Shown: in pieces, positions 17,291-27,018 of the stretch
Layout of the letters: each line of letters begins with the position of its first letter
Numbering within the stretch: the stretch's first letter is position 1
Assembly (NCBI RefSeq): GCF_936981045.1
Contig: NZ_OW441264.1
Coordinates: 960,001 to 992,000 of the forward strand
Source of the DNA: Candidatus Saccharimonadota bacterium
GTDB lineage: Bacteria > Bacteroidota > Bacteroidia > Cytophagales > Amoebophilaceae
Direction: 5' to 3'
DNA length: 32,000 nucleotides
Made by a program: the position numbers and the translations under genes
The notes under the pieces: generated by a model
The model's database searches: none
Told to the model about the DNA's origin: nothing
What the model saw: only the letters and a program-made list of their open reading frames with translations

Positions 17291-17400
17291 AAAGGAATGT
17301 TGATCATACTTTTTGCTGGATCAAAAAGTATGCAAAAAAAATTAACCCCTGTGCAAAAAGTTGAGCAAGCTTTTACAAGGGGCGGTTTTTTCTTCTTTTA
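17291..17400 (-). repeat. MITE-B copy R2-C (internally deleted, ~110 bp, inverted relative to R2-B)
   Basis: AAAGGAATGT...ATACTTTTTGCTGGATCAAAAAGTAT...CCCCTGTGCAAAAAGTTG...CTTTTACAAGGGGCGGTTTTT aligns with the reverse complement of both arms of 19668-19927, with the central ~120 bp missing. It contains a perfect 11-bp inverted repeat, CATACTTTTTG/CAAAAAGTATG, at 17305-17332. Confidence 0.65.
17346..17398 (+). terminator. putative intrinsic terminator of the ABC-F gene, built from the two arms of MITE-B
   Basis: CCCCTGTGCAAAAAGTT-GAGCA-AAGCTTTTACAAGGGG forms an imperfect hairpin of about 14 bp. It is followed by CGGTTTTTTCTTCTTTT, and sits 56 nt after the stop codon. Confidence 0.45.
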
Positions 17401-17562
17401 GTTGACCTATTGCAATCCTAAACCTCTCCTCAAGTTAAATGAAGCTGGAACGTTTACGGATAAAGGATTGATGTTTAGTGAATTTATTTTGTTTATTGGC
17501 AATAAATGCTTAACATGTGCTAAACAGTTCAGTACTTAACAGGTGGTTTAACAAAAACAGAA

Positions 17563-17970
17563 GTGGATACAAGCACGAAAGAGCAATTTAGCACTTCGAT
17601 ATATACCATTGGGTTGCCCGTGCTATTGATATGGAGCTGGACTGGAGCTATTCGGCCAGATTTTAAAGAAGATTATTTCCATGGTCGCTTTTTTGGGGGG
17701 CGTCATCCTTTTTTTTGTATTAGCGGTGTGTACAAAACCATGGACGCAACTGGGACGGAATTAAAGAAGGATAATATCACCTTTGATAAAGATCACCCAA
17801 GGTTTAAACTTGGGTTTATAGGTAGAGGCTCTTTCGAATTTCCGAATGGGTTGCTTCTGGAAACAAAAGGTATGAGCCCTTATAATCTGTTAGGTCATCC
17901 AAATAAGGAGGACCGGCGTCCTTTGGGTCTTTCCATCTTTCTGCGGGCTATAATTTTGCCAAGTTGTTAA
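17563..17970 (+). CDS. hypothetical protein (weak; GTG start in track, internal ATG at MDATGTE possible)
   Basis: It is the only ORF of 60 aa or more in a 730-bp gap. No motif recognised and no evident ribosome-binding or promoter context. Confidence 0.3.
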   Translation: MDTSTKEQFSTSIYTIGLPVLLIWSWTGAIRPDFKEDYFHGRFFGGRHPFFCISGVYKTMDATGTELKKDNITFDKDHPRFKLGFIGRGSFEFPNGLLLETKGMSPYNLLGHPNKEDRRPLGLSIFLRAIILPSC

Positions 17971-18128
17971 CTTAGGTTAGTGGTTTAGCTCTATTTTTAG
18001 ATGTAAAGTACAATCATTTATACACCATTCATGCAGCTGACCAGCCTTTTTTTAGCAAAATTCCCAAGAGTGTGTTATATTGCATACTAATCAGCTATGG
18101 TAGCTGTTATTCATAACGAGGCGTACGC

Positions 18129-19235
18129 ATGAAGACTTCTTTTGCAGCTAAAAAACAGGGAGGGGTTGGCTCAGCTGTAGGTGCCATTCGAAATGGGGTA
18201 AGTTCTGTCTTTTTTGCCGCTATGGTAGCTGCCTTAATTCGTTGGATGGTGATTGGGCTATATGTTATACCTTCTGGCTCGATGGAGCCAACACTTTTAT
18301 CTGGAGATTTTGTATTGGTCAGTAAGCTCCATTATGGTGCCCGTACACCAGCTACTCCATTGCAAATTCCAATCACCCATCGAACGATTCCAGGTACACG
18401 GATTCCTGCTTACCTTGACTGGATTGAATTGCCTCAATATCGTTTACCTGGATTGAGTAAGATCAAACGCAATGATGTCATTGTTTTTAATACCACCGAA
18501 GGTCATGACCCCCCTGATTTACGGGAATATTGGATAAAGCGTTGCATTGCACTTCCTGGTGATCTGGTACATATAGTCCACAAGCAACTTTATGTGAACG
18601 ATACACCAGCTGATCCAGCGGATAGGGTGCAATATTGTTATTTCATGAAAACCAAGCGCATCTTGACGACTGCTTGGTTTGAAAAAAATAGTATTAGAAA
18701 CCCTATACGGTCTACTGTTCCCGGTCGTGAAGGCTATACGATTTATACTACACCAGAAAAAGTTAAGCAACTTACTACTATTCTGCCTACTTTCATACAG
18801 TCAGTAAATCTGGTGGAAGATCAGGCAGGCGTCTTTCCGTCCAGTATCTATGGTTTTAACCCTACTTTGGGGTGGACCAAGGATAATTTTGGACCGCTGC
18901 AGGTGCCTAGTAAGGGAATGGTTATTCAAATGGACGCGCAAAATATTCTATTGTATCGTACTACTATAGAAAGATTCGAGGGGAAGCAAGATATTCGGTT
19001 CACTAAAGCCGCATGTTGGATAGATGGTCAAGAGGTAATACACTATACTTTTTGTAAGGATTATTATTTTGCAATGGGAGATAACCGTGATCAGTCTGGC
19101 GACTCTAGATTTATTGGGTTTATTCCAGAAGATCATATTGTGGGCAAGGCAGTTATGGTTTTGTTGTCTTCAGATAGAAGCAAACCGTTTTTCAGTGGTA
19201 TCCGTTGGAATAGGCTATTCCACGTTGTAAATTAG
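18129..19235 (+). CDS. lepB: signal peptidase I
   Basis: 368 aa. N-terminal TM segment, IPSGSMEPTL (catalytic Ser box), YWIKRCIALPGD (Lys box) and GDNRDQSGDSRFIGFIP (box E). Confidence 0.93.
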   Translation: MKTSFAAKKQGGVGSAVGAIRNGVSSVFFAAMVAALIRWMVIGLYVIPSGSMEPTLLSGDFVLVSKLHYGARTPATPLQIPITHRTIPGTRIPAYLDWIELPQYRLPGLSKIKRNDVIVFNTTEGHDPPDLREYWIKRCIALPGDLVHIVHKQLYVNDTPADPADRVQYCYFMKTKRILTTAWFEKNSIRNPIRSTVPGREGYTIYTTPEKVKQLTTILPTFIQSVNLVEDQAGVFPSSIYGFNPTLGWTKDNFGPLQVPSKGMVIQMDAQNILLYRTTIERFEGKQDIRFTKAACWIDGQEVIHYTFCKDYYFAMGDNRDQSGDSRFIGFIPEDHIVGKAVMVLLSSDRSKPFFSGIRWNRLFHVVN

Positions 19236-19249
19236 CAACTGATTATAGA

Positions 19250-19640
19250 AAAAACAAGCTGGCTTGTCGCTTTGGCTATTAAAGTCAAAGAGGAAAGTCC
19301 GGGCAATACAGAGCACCCTACTTCTTAACAGGAAGGCATATGGAGACAAATCCATATGACAGAAAGTGCCACAGAAAACAAACCGCTATCTGTAATAAGA
19401 GAGTAAGGGTGAAAAGGTGAGGTAAGGGCTCACCGCTCTATTGGTGACAATAGAGGCAGGGTAAACCTTAGGGATTGCAAGGCCAAATAGGCATGTCTAC
19501 GCTATAGCGTGACGGGCTGCTCGTTCGTTTTTAAGACATGTGGGTGGGCCGCTAGAGGTCATAAGTGATTATGGCTCCAGATAAATGACAAGCAGTGTGC
19601 TATGGCACACTACAGAACCCGGCTTATAGGCTTGTTTTTC
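19250..19640 (+). ncRNA. rnpB: RNase P RNA, bacterial type A
   Basis: Conserved GAGGAAAGTCCGGGC (19289-19303), AGTGCCACAGAAA, GGGTAAACC and ACAGAACCCGGCTTA (19611-19625). A P1 helix is possible between AAAAACAAGC (5') and GCTTGTTTTT (3'). It starts only about 14 nt after the lepB stop. Confidence 0.9.
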
Positions 19641-19667
19641 TTTAGTTATTAAAGAACTTGTATGCTG

Positions 19668-19927
19668 CTTTTTGCTTGATCAAAAGAATGATATCTTGCT
19701 TCTATTCAGCTTTCTGGCAACACGAAACAAGAAAAACCGCCCCTTGTAAAAAGTTGTGATCAGAAAGTGCACCTTACATCTGAAACCAAAAACAGTTTAA
19801 TTAGGCTCGTATGGAGGCTTCTGTTTTTCCGGTGTCCTTTCAGCAACTTTTTGCACAGGGCTTGATTTTTGGGCTATTTTCTTATCAAGAAAAAGTAGCA
19901 TATACATTCCTTTGATCAAGCAAAAAG
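19668..19927 (+). repeat. MITE-B copy R2-B (260 bp, perfect 17-bp terminal inverted repeat)
   Basis: CTTTTTGCTTGATCAAA at 19668-19684 and its exact reverse complement TTTGATCAAGCAAAAAG at 19911-19927. Internal second inverted-repeat pair CCGCCCCTTGTAAAAAGTTG / CAACTTTTTGCACAGGGC. It ends 22 nt before the proS ATG. Confidence 0.8.
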
Positions 19928-19949
19928 TACAATAAAAATTCCTTTAGAT

Positions 19950-21422
19950 ATGACCCCTTTACCTACAAGAGCATCTAATTTTTCAGCTTGGTATAATGAA
20001 TTAGTAGTACGTGCAGGTCTGGCAGAAAATGCTTCTGTACGGGGCTGTATGATTATTAAACCTTATGGTTATGCCATTTGGGAAAAGTTGCAAACGATTT
20101 TTGACGCTGCCTTTAAAGAAACGGGCCATGTAAATGGTTATTTTCCTTTACTCATTCCAAAATCTTACTTAAGCAAAGAGGCGGACCATGTAGAAGGTTT
20201 TGCCAAAGAATGTGCCGTTGTGACCCATTATCGCTTAAAGATGGCTCAAGATGGTCGTGGTGTGGTAGTCGACCCTACTGCTAAGTTAGAGGAAGAACTT
20301 ATTGTACGCCCTACCTCAGAAGCCATTATATGGAGTACCTACAAAAATTGGATTCAATCTTACAGAGATCTTCCTATCTTACTGAATCAGTGGTGTAACA
20401 TAGTCCGTTGGGAAATGCGTACGAAGCTCTTTTTGCGTACTACAGAGTTTTTATGGCAAGAAGGACATACTGCCCATGGTACTCAGGCAGAAGCTGAAGC
20501 GGAAGCTTTACAAATGTTACATTTGTATGAGCGCATTATTAGAGACTATATGGCTATACCCTTAGTAAAGGGTATTAAAACTGTAAGTGAGCGCTTTGCT
20601 GGTGCGGAAACGACCTATACCATTGAAGCCCTTATGCAGGATGGCAAGGCCCTACAAGCTGGTACGGCACATTACCTAGGCCAACGGTTTGCTAAAGCCT
20701 TTGACGTAACTTTTACCAATCAAGCGGGTATACGTGACTATGTATGGGGTACTTCCTGGGGTATTACTACACGGTTGATGGGCGCATTGATTATGATCCA
20801 TTCGGATGATGATGGCTTGGTCCTGCCTCCCAAAATTGCCCCCATACAGGTAGTAATGGTGCCGATTTATAAAACAGAGGCAGAACGTGCGGCAGTGGTT
20901 GCCCAATTGTCGGATTTGCAAAAACTATTAATCACCCAAAGGGTGCGTGTTCAGCTAGATGATAGAGATATCCGTAAGCCAGGTTATAAATTTGCAGAAT
21001 ATGAACAAAAGGGTGTTCCTATTCGTGTAGCGTTAGGGCCTAATGATGTGCAAAATAAAACGGTTGAATTGGCACGTAGGGATACAAAGGAAAAGGTAAC
21101 CATTCCTATAGACCATTTGACCCAACAAGTTATGGATTGGTTAGAAACGATTCAGGTGCATATCTATCAGCGGGCCTTTGCATTACACCAACAACGTACC
21201 CTATTGGTGGATGATTATGCTACTTTTAAAAGGCTTATCGCTAGCAAAGGAGGCTTTTTGATGGCCCATTGGGATGGAACTACAGCAACAGAAGAAAAAA
21301 TTAAAGCTGAAACAAAAGCTACTATCCGTTGTATACCATTAGATGGAAGCGAGGAGCCGGGCTACTGTATCTATTCAGGCAAACCGTCTAAAAGGCGGGT
21401 GGTTTTTGCGCAGGCCTATTAA
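19950..21422 (+). CDS. proS: prolyl-tRNA synthetase (archaeal/eukaryote-like type without the bacterial INS domain)
   Basis: 490 aa. Class II motifs ([31 protein letters not shown]), an anticodon-binding domain, and a C-terminal Zn-binding-like domain ending in a conserved Tyr (...FAQAY). Confidence 0.95.
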   Translation: MTPLPTRASNFSAWYNELVVRAGLAENASVRGCMIIKPYGYAIWEKLQTIFDAAFKETGHVNGYFPLLIPKSYLSKEADHVEGFAKECAVVTHYRLKMAQDGRGVVVDPTAKLEEELIVRPTSEAIIWSTYKNWIQSYRDLPILLNQWCNIVRWEMRTKLFLRTTEFLWQEGHTAHGTQAEAEAEALQMLHLYERIIRDYMAIPLVKGIKTVSERFAGAETTYTIEALMQDGKALQAGTAHYLGQRFAKAFDVTFTNQAGIRDYVWGTSWGITTRLMGALIMIHSDDDGLVLPPKIAPIQVVMVPIYKTEAERAAVVAQLSDLQKLLITQRVRVQLDDRDIRKPGYKFAEYEQKGVPIRVALGPNDVQNKTVELARRDTKEKVTIPIDHLTQQVMDWLETIQVHIYQRAFALHQQRTLLVDDYATFKRLIASKGGFLMAHWDGTTATEEKIKAETKATIRCIPLDGSEEPGYCIYSGKPSKRRVVFAQAY

Positions 21423-21430
21423 CCCTATCT

Positions 21431-22672
21431 ATGTTATCTTTTCAGACCATTTGCTGGATTAGATTGGTTGCAAACCGAGTGCGGCAACGTAGCAGTGGTG
21501 CTTTTTCTGCTTCTATAGACAAAATAGTCACTTTAAGCATTACCATAGGCACCGCTTCTATATTGATCGCTTCAATGGTAATGATTGGATTTCAGAAAGA
21601 AATTACAAAAAAAATAACCGATTTTGCTGGAGACTTCGAAATTACCAAATATAGCGGTGTCCAGAACCCTTATGAGCCCACACTCGTGCAAGTTTCACAA
21701 GTGAGCCGCCTCATCACTGATTTACCTAGTTTCATTGAAAAAGTAACCGCATTTAACCAAAAGCTTATGCTGATCCATACTAAGGTAGGCGTAGAGGGTA
21801 TATTGTGCAAGGGCATCGATCCTATGGTAACTCATAAAACATTGGAAGATTATTTAATAGCAGGTAGGCTGCCTGATTTAACCAAGGTAACGTATCAAAA
21901 TGAATTATCTATTAGCCATCACCTTGCCCAAAAACTCTCCATTCAATTAGGTGATACAGTAGTGGTCCATACGGTAGACCCTACAGCACGCTACCGGAAG
22001 TTAAAGATTGTGGGTATCTATCGCACTTATTTAAGTGATATAGATGAAAATTTGGCTTTTTGTGATATGCGCCTTATGCAACGGTTGAATAATTGGCCTT
22101 CAGAAACCGTAAATGGGTATACCATTTTTTTGAAAGATCATGTGTCCCCAACAAAAGCATTACGAAACACTATTTTACGTCTTATAGACTACGATTTGCG
22201 TCTTATGAGCACCCAATGTAAGTACACGCGTTTTTATGATTGGCTGGCTATTATTCAAAAGAATACCATTATTTTTATTGTTTTTATCCTATTGGTGGCA
22301 GGATGCACTATGGTGGCTACCATTATGATTCAACTGATGGAGCGTAGCTATATGGTAGGCGTGTTAAAAGTTTTAGGGGCTTATGCTTGGCAAATAGATT
22401 CCATTTTGCTCTATAATAGTCTACGTACCCTATGTTTGGGCATGGTATATGGAAACATCCTAGGTATAGGATTGTGTGTTTTGCAAGTGCACTATAGGTG
22501 TATTACACTTGAACCAGCACTCTACTATATGCGTTACGTGCCCATTTATAGCCATTGGAAAGTCATTTTATGCCCCAATCTACTGATACTGGGTACCCTC
22601 TCTGTTGCGTTATATTTTACGATGAAGTGTTTAAGGCAAAAAAAACTTATAGAGGCATTTCAGGAGGGGTAA
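21431..22672 (+). CDS. FtsX-like ABC transporter permease, LolC/LolE family
   Basis: 413 aa. It has an N-terminal TM segment, then a MacB-like periplasmic domain, then three C-terminal TM segments (FtsX domain; VGVLKVLGA motif). It starts 8 nt after proS. Confidence 0.8.
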   Translation: MLSFQTICWIRLVANRVRQRSSGAFSASIDKIVTLSITIGTASILIASMVMIGFQKEITKKITDFAGDFEITKYSGVQNPYEPTLVQVSQVSRLITDLPSFIEKVTAFNQKLMLIHTKVGVEGILCKGIDPMVTHKTLEDYLIAGRLPDLTKVTYQNELSISHHLAQKLSIQLGDTVVVHTVDPTARYRKLKIVGIYRTYLSDIDENLAFCDMRLMQRLNNWPSETVNGYTIFLKDHVSPTKALRNTILRLIDYDLRLMSTQCKYTRFYDWLAIIQKNTIIFIVFILLVAGCTMVATIMIQLMERSYMVGVLKVLGAYAWQIDSILLYNSLRTLCLGMVYGNILGIGLCVLQVHYRCITLEPALYYMRYVPIYSHWKVILCPNLLILGTLSVALYFTMKCLRQKKLIEAFQEG

Positions 22673-22755
22673 AGGCATTTTTATCTTATTTATATCTTAG
22701 TAGTAAGTTGTATGAAAATGATACACGATAGTAGTTAAGATGTATATCATTTAAA

Positions 22756-23760
22756 ATGAATCATCCATTAACTATTCTTGGTATTGAATCTTCTTGTGAC
22801 GAAACAGCTGCTTCTGTAATCCATGGTGGCAAAATAGTAAGCAGTGTGGTTACGAGCCAATTGATGCATCAAAAATATGGTGGCGTTGTCCCAGAGCTTG
22901 CAGCAAGAGCACATGAAACCAACATTATGCCAGTTGTAACCGCTGCACTAGAAGAAGCAGCCATTCAAAAGAGTGCATTAGATGGCATTGGATTTACGCA
23001 AGGTCCAGGGTTACTAGGTCCGCTTTTAGTGGGTGGTTGTTTTGCCAAATCGTTAGCTTTTTCGCTTGGTATACCGCTAATAGGTGTCCATCATATTCAA
23101 GCACATGTATTGGCTAATTTTATCGATGACCCTAAACCTACCTTCCCTTTTCTCTGTTTGACCGTTAGTGGAGGACATACCCAAATTATTTTGGTAAAAG
23201 ATTATTTTTCTATGGAGGTTTTAGGAGCAACCCAAGATGATGCCGCAGGAGAGGCCTTTGATAAAATAGCCCATTTAATGGGTTTTGGCTATCCAGGTGG
23301 TGCTTTAATAGATCGCTATGCTCAAGAGGGTAATCCCCAAGCTTTTGATTTTCCAGCTGCTCATATGCCCGATTTTGATTTTTCATTTAGCGGTATCAAG
23401 ACAGCTTTTTCGCTATTTATTCAAAATAAGACTCCTGAATATATCCGAACCAATCGAGCTGATATCTGTGCCAGTATTCAAGCCATTTTGGTGCGTATGT
23501 TATTGGATAAGTTGGTTAAAGCAGCTCAAAAGAGTGGTATCAGCACCATTGCATTGGCCGGAGGCGTAGCGGTTAATAGCTATTTGCGGCAGCAGCTCAA
23601 GCAATTGGCTCAGAAACATCGTTGGACCACTTTTATACCTGCTATAACCTATTGTACAGATAATGCAGCTATGGTAGCCATTACGGCTTATTATAAATAT
23701 CAGTTAAAGGCATTTGCTCGTTTCACTAGCCCATCTTTGCCTAGGTATCCCATTATTTAA
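22756..23760 (+). CDS. tsaD: tRNA N6-adenosine threonylcarbamoyltransferase
   Basis: 334 aa. GIESSCDETAASV N-terminus, GVHHIQAHV metal-binding motif, LTVSGGHT and LAGGVAVNS motifs. Confidence 0.95.
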   Translation: MNHPLTILGIESSCDETAASVIHGGKIVSSVVTSQLMHQKYGGVVPELAARAHETNIMPVVTAALEEAAIQKSALDGIGFTQGPGLLGPLLVGGCFAKSLAFSLGIPLIGVHHIQAHVLANFIDDPKPTFPFLCLTVSGGHTQIILVKDYFSMEVLGATQDDAAGEAFDKIAHLMGFGYPGGALIDRYAQEGNPQAFDFPAAHMPDFDFSFSGIKTAFSLFIQNKTPEYIRTNRADICASIQAILVRMLLDKLVKAAQKSGISTIALAGGVAVNSYLRQQLKQLAQKHRWTTFIPAITYCTDNAAMVAITAYYKYQLKAFARFTSPSLPRYPII

Positions 23761-23985
23761 TCGGATGCACTTTTTATACGTTAACGCTATTGGCCGAACG
23801 AATATAAAAAAGAAAAGTATCTGTTCAAATCAGTGGTAAATAAGGCATTTATAACAAATAACCGATATAGAGATAAGAAAATAATAGGTTAAAACCTGAT
23901 GTAGAGCTGTGTGTCCCATTTTTAGGAGAGAAAGTAGTTTTTATTCCAACGGTAATGCCTTCTAAATTACCCATCTTACTTAAAT

Positions 23986-24225
23986 ACCTGAGTTCGGGAT
24001 TAGATTATTTTTTCATTTGATAATCAATATTAATAAAAATTTATAAAATTTGTTTTATAGACAGTTAAACAGGTAGTTGAATAACAAATAATTCCGGTAA
24101 TCAGTTTATTATATATATTATATTTATAAAATTAGATATAAAAACTTGTTAAATAGGTGCAAATATTAACTAAATAATTGATATTAGATTGTTGTAAATC
24201 AGTCAAATAAATCCCGAACTCACGT
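23986..24225 (+). mobile_element. MITE-A copy M5 (240 bp)
   Basis: ACCTGAGTTCGGGATT...AATCCCGAACTCACGT. Flanks TAAAT and TAAAA match at 4 of 5 positions. Confidence 0.88.
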
Positions 24226-24266
24226 TAAAAGTAAATTTTACGAAAATTTTAATAAATTTCTTATTA

Positions 24267-24507
24267 ACGTGAATTCGGGATTAGATTATTTTTTCATTTG
24301 ATAATCAATATTAATAAAAATTTATAAAATTTGTTTTATTAGACAGTTAAATAGGTAGTTGAATAACAAATAATTCTGATAATCAGTTTATTATATATAT
24401 TATATTTATAAAATTAGATATAAAAACTTGTTAAATAGGTGCAAATATTAACTAAATAATTGATATTAAATTGTTGTAAATCGGTCAAATAAATCCCGAA
24501 CTCACTT
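24267..24507 (+). mobile_element. MITE-A copy M6 (241 bp), tandem to M5 with a 41-bp spacer
   Basis: ACGTGAATTCGGGATT...AATCCCGAACTCACTT (termini carry 1-2 substitutions). Flanks TATTA and TATAA. Confidence 0.88.
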
Positions 24508-24520
24508 TATAAATATTTTT

Positions 24521-25820
24521 TAGGATTTATCTTTACCTAAATCATAACACTTAAAACAATGAAAAGAAAAGAGACAGAAAGATGGGATAAGCAAGGCCAT
24601 AGATGTACTGATAGAATCAGGTGTAGACCTTTCCAGACTTTTTGATCAAGACGGCTTACTCAAACAATTAAGTAAGCGTCTTGTAGAAAAAGCATTACAG
24701 TCAGAAATGGATGACCATTTAGGTTATAATAAGTATGCACGTAGTGATTCAGAGAATGCACGTAATAGATTATCCAGTAAGCAAGTTATTACTGATAATG
24801 GCGTTATATCGGTTGAAGTACCCAGAGATAGAGCATCGACTTTTGAACCTATTTTATTGCCTAAGCGTCAAACAAGAATTCCTGGTTTGGATGATAAGAT
24901 CTTATCTTTATATGCTAAAGGTATGAGTCTGTCAGATATTCAGATTCAAATACAGGAATTATATGGCGCAGAAGTAAGTGAAAGCCTGATAAGTAACATC
25001 ACAGACTCTATTATTGAAGATGTTAAGATATGGCAAAATCATCCCTTAGAATCAGTCTATTCTATTGTTTTTTTTGATTGCTTTGTAGTTAAAGTTAGAC
25101 AAGATAAGCGCATCATCAACAAGGCAGTCTATGTCGCTTTAGGTATAGATAGATCTAGCATAAAGGATGTTTTAGGGCTTTGGATGAGTGAAAATGAAGA
25201 GGCTAAATTTTGGTTAGGCAATTTAACAGAACTCAAAAATCGGGGTATGAACGATGTGCTCATTGCATGTACAGATAATTTGTCAGGCATGTCTGAGGCC
25301 ATTGCTGCTGTATACCCAAAAACGGAACATCAGCTCTGTATTGTTCATGCAATTAGGGGTAGTTTGCAGTATGTTTCTTATAAACATAGAAAGGTATTAG
25401 TTGCTGATTTAAAACCAATTTATACAGCAGTTACCGAGCAAGAAGCATTGATGGCCTTAGAAGCTTTTGCTACTAAGTGGAATCAACAATACCCACAAAT
25501 AGCCCAATCTTGGTATGCTAACTGGGATAATCTGATGGTATTTTTACAGTACCCTAATGCCATACGTAAGGTCATTTACACAACAAATGTTTGGAATCTG
25601 TAAATAGCCAATTTCGTAGAGTTACCAAAAATAAAAGAGTGTTCCCTAATGATCTAGCTGTTTTTAAAACATTATATCTAACTATTAACTGCATGACTAG
25701 AAAATGGACCACCTTTATTCATAACTGGAGCGAGGCTATGGCATATTTTTTAATTAAATTTGAAAACAGAATTGAATAAAATCAAAAAAATAATTTACAC
25801 ACTTAAGTGGATAAAGCCAC
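24521..25820 (+). mobile_element. IS256-family element (IS256-1), degenerate; left boundary uncertain
   Basis: Contains a frameshifted IS256/Mutator-type transposase. The right terminus ...AATTTACACACTTAAGTGGATAAAGCCAC is shared with the remnant at 14239. The left end GGATTTATCTTTACC is only loosely complementary. Confidence 0.75.
24559..25779 (+). pseudogene. IS256-family transposase, at least two frameshifts
   Basis: Frame switch near 24580 (MKRKETE / DGISKAIDVLIESGVDLSRLFDQDGLLKQLSKRLVEKALQSEMDDHLGY). A 1-nt loss in a T run near 25590 (YTTNV / LESVNSQFRRVTKNKRVFPND). Family motifs: DVLIACTDNLSGM, LCIVHAIR, IYTTN. Confidence 0.85.
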
Positions 25821-25926
25821 TTTTGAGAATTTTGTTATGCTAATGGCCAAATAATACCCAATATATATCCAAAACTTCACTTAAAAGAAAAGCCTTTACT
25901 AACGAAAATATAGACGCGACAGAACC
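25820..25926 (+). mobile_element. 3'-end fragment of a diverged IS6-family variant
   Basis: TTTTGAGAATTTTGTTATGCTAATGGCCAAATAA (FENFVMLMAK*) followed by ...GAAAATATAGACGCGACAGAACC. It parallels STFENFAILMAA* plus the inverted repeat of the intact copies. It is cut on the left by IS256-1. Confidence 0.8.
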
Positions 25927-26168
25927 TTCTCTAAAAATTGACGCTTCCAATTTTGAAGGGTTTTACTAGTAACGCCATATTTGGACGATAGCTCAACTAG
26001 CGTTAAATCTTCTTTTAGTAAAGCTAATATTATCTTAGTTTTTTCTTCCGAACTAAAATGCCTAATCTTATTTCTACTCACCTGATTAATTTATTGTATG
26101 ACTCTAAAACTAAACGATACGGAAAATAAATTAAAATATTCTTGTCCGATTTTTTCAGTCCAGTATAC
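25927..26168 (-). mobile_element. 5' remnant of an IS3-family element (left inverted repeat plus truncated orfA)
   Basis: The minus strand reads TATACTGGACTGAAAAAATCGGACAAG..., then (V)SRNKIRHFSSEEKTKIILALLKEDLTLVELSSKYGVTSKTLQNWKRQFLEK. This is a typical IS3 OrfA helix-turn-helix. The ORF tail (VLSRLYFR) is read-through into the IS6 end. Confidence 0.75.
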
Positions 26169-26249
26169 TTTTTTATCGAGCAAAAAGTATGATATAAAAT
26201 GCCTTATTTACCACTGGTCTGAACAGATAACTAAAAAGTGTAATGCATC

Positions 26250-27005
26250 TTATTGTGTTGGTTCAAAAATTGCTTCAGCATTTTGGGTGGTTATCGATGC
26301 CACTTCTGCTAAGGTTACCTGTTTGACCGCTGCAAGTTTTTCTGCTGTGTAGCGTAAGTAGCTTGGCTCATTACGTTTGCCCCGATAAGGTGTAGGTGCT
26401 AAATAAGGGCTATCTGTTTCTAAGACCAAATATTTGAGATCTATAGCGGCTGCTGTTGCGGCTAATCCACTTTTCGGTATGGTAATAATCCCGCCAATTC
26501 CTAGCGAAAAGCCCAGCGCTATACATTTTTCTGCTTCTTGTAAACTGCCTGTAAAGCAGTGAATCACCCCTCTTAGGCTACCATCTTGTTCTTTTTCCAA
26601 TAGGTAGATCACTTCCTTAAAAGCATTTCTGCAGTGAATAGATACAGGCAGATGATAGCGCTTGGCTAAAGAAAGTTGCACCCTAAATCCTTCCCGTTGT
26701 TCCGCTAATAAAGTAGTATCGTGGTATAGATCTATACCAATTTCACCCACTGCTATAAACCCACCTTTATCAAGCCATTCCTCTACCAAGTATAATTGTT
26801 TGGTGAAATCTTTTCTAATGTGACAAGGATGGATGCCCATCATAGGTAGGCAAGGATATAGTGCTGCCATATCCATCATCCTTGCGATGGTTTCTTCATC
26901 TATATTGGGCATATAGATTTTTTTTATATGGTTTTTTTGCGCGCTTTCTAAAACCAGTGGTAATTCAAGATCATATATATGTGCATGGGTATCAATAAAT
27001 TGCAT
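26250..27005 (-). CDS. tatD: TatD family metal-dependent hydrolase/DNase
   Basis: 251 aa. FIDTHAHIYD N-terminus, GEIGIDLY, HCR..F and HCFTGS motifs, LETDSPYLAP. Confidence 0.92.
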   Translation of the reverse strand: MQFIDTHAHIYDLELPLVLESAQKNHIKKIYMPNIDEETIARMMDMAALYPCLPMMGIHPCHIRKDFTKQLYLVEEWLDKGGFIAVGEIGIDLYHDTTLLAEQREGFRVQLSLAKRYHLPVSIHCRNAFKEVIYLLEKEQDGSLRGVIHCFTGSLQEAEKCIALGFSLGIGGIITIPKSGLAATAAAIDLKYLVLETDSPYLAPTPYRGKRNEPSYLRYTAEKLAAVKQVTLAEVASITTQNAEAIFEPTQ

Positions 27006-27018
27006 AATCCATCAATAG

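Noticed and set aside
18170-18205. tRNA-like string GGCTCAGCTGTAGGTGCC
   Set aside because: It lies inside the lepB coding frame. There is no matching acceptor stem or T-arm (no GTTCNANNC) nearby. I found no convincing tRNA anywhere in the window.
18253-19136. ORFs 18253-18456(+), 18519-18770(-) and 18948-19136(-)
   Set aside because: Alternative-frame or antisense shadows inside lepB.
19840-19949. Attempt to locate a Bacteroidota-type promoter (TTTG at -33, TAnnTTTG at -7) inside MITE-B upstream of proS
   Set aside because: I found no exact TAnnTTTG on the plus strand in the last 110 nt. The CAAAAAGTA motifs give TAnnnTTTG on the opposite strand only. The promoter claim is therefore left as a hypothesis for transcript mapping.
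20676-20921. 81-aa minus-strand ORF
   Set aside because: Antisense shadow inside proS.
23318-23569. 83-aa plus-strand ORF
   Set aside because: Alternative frame inside tsaD.
26098-26352. 84-aa plus-strand ORF
   Set aside because: It starts in the IS3 terminal remnant and runs antisense into the 3' end of tatD. It is an artefact.
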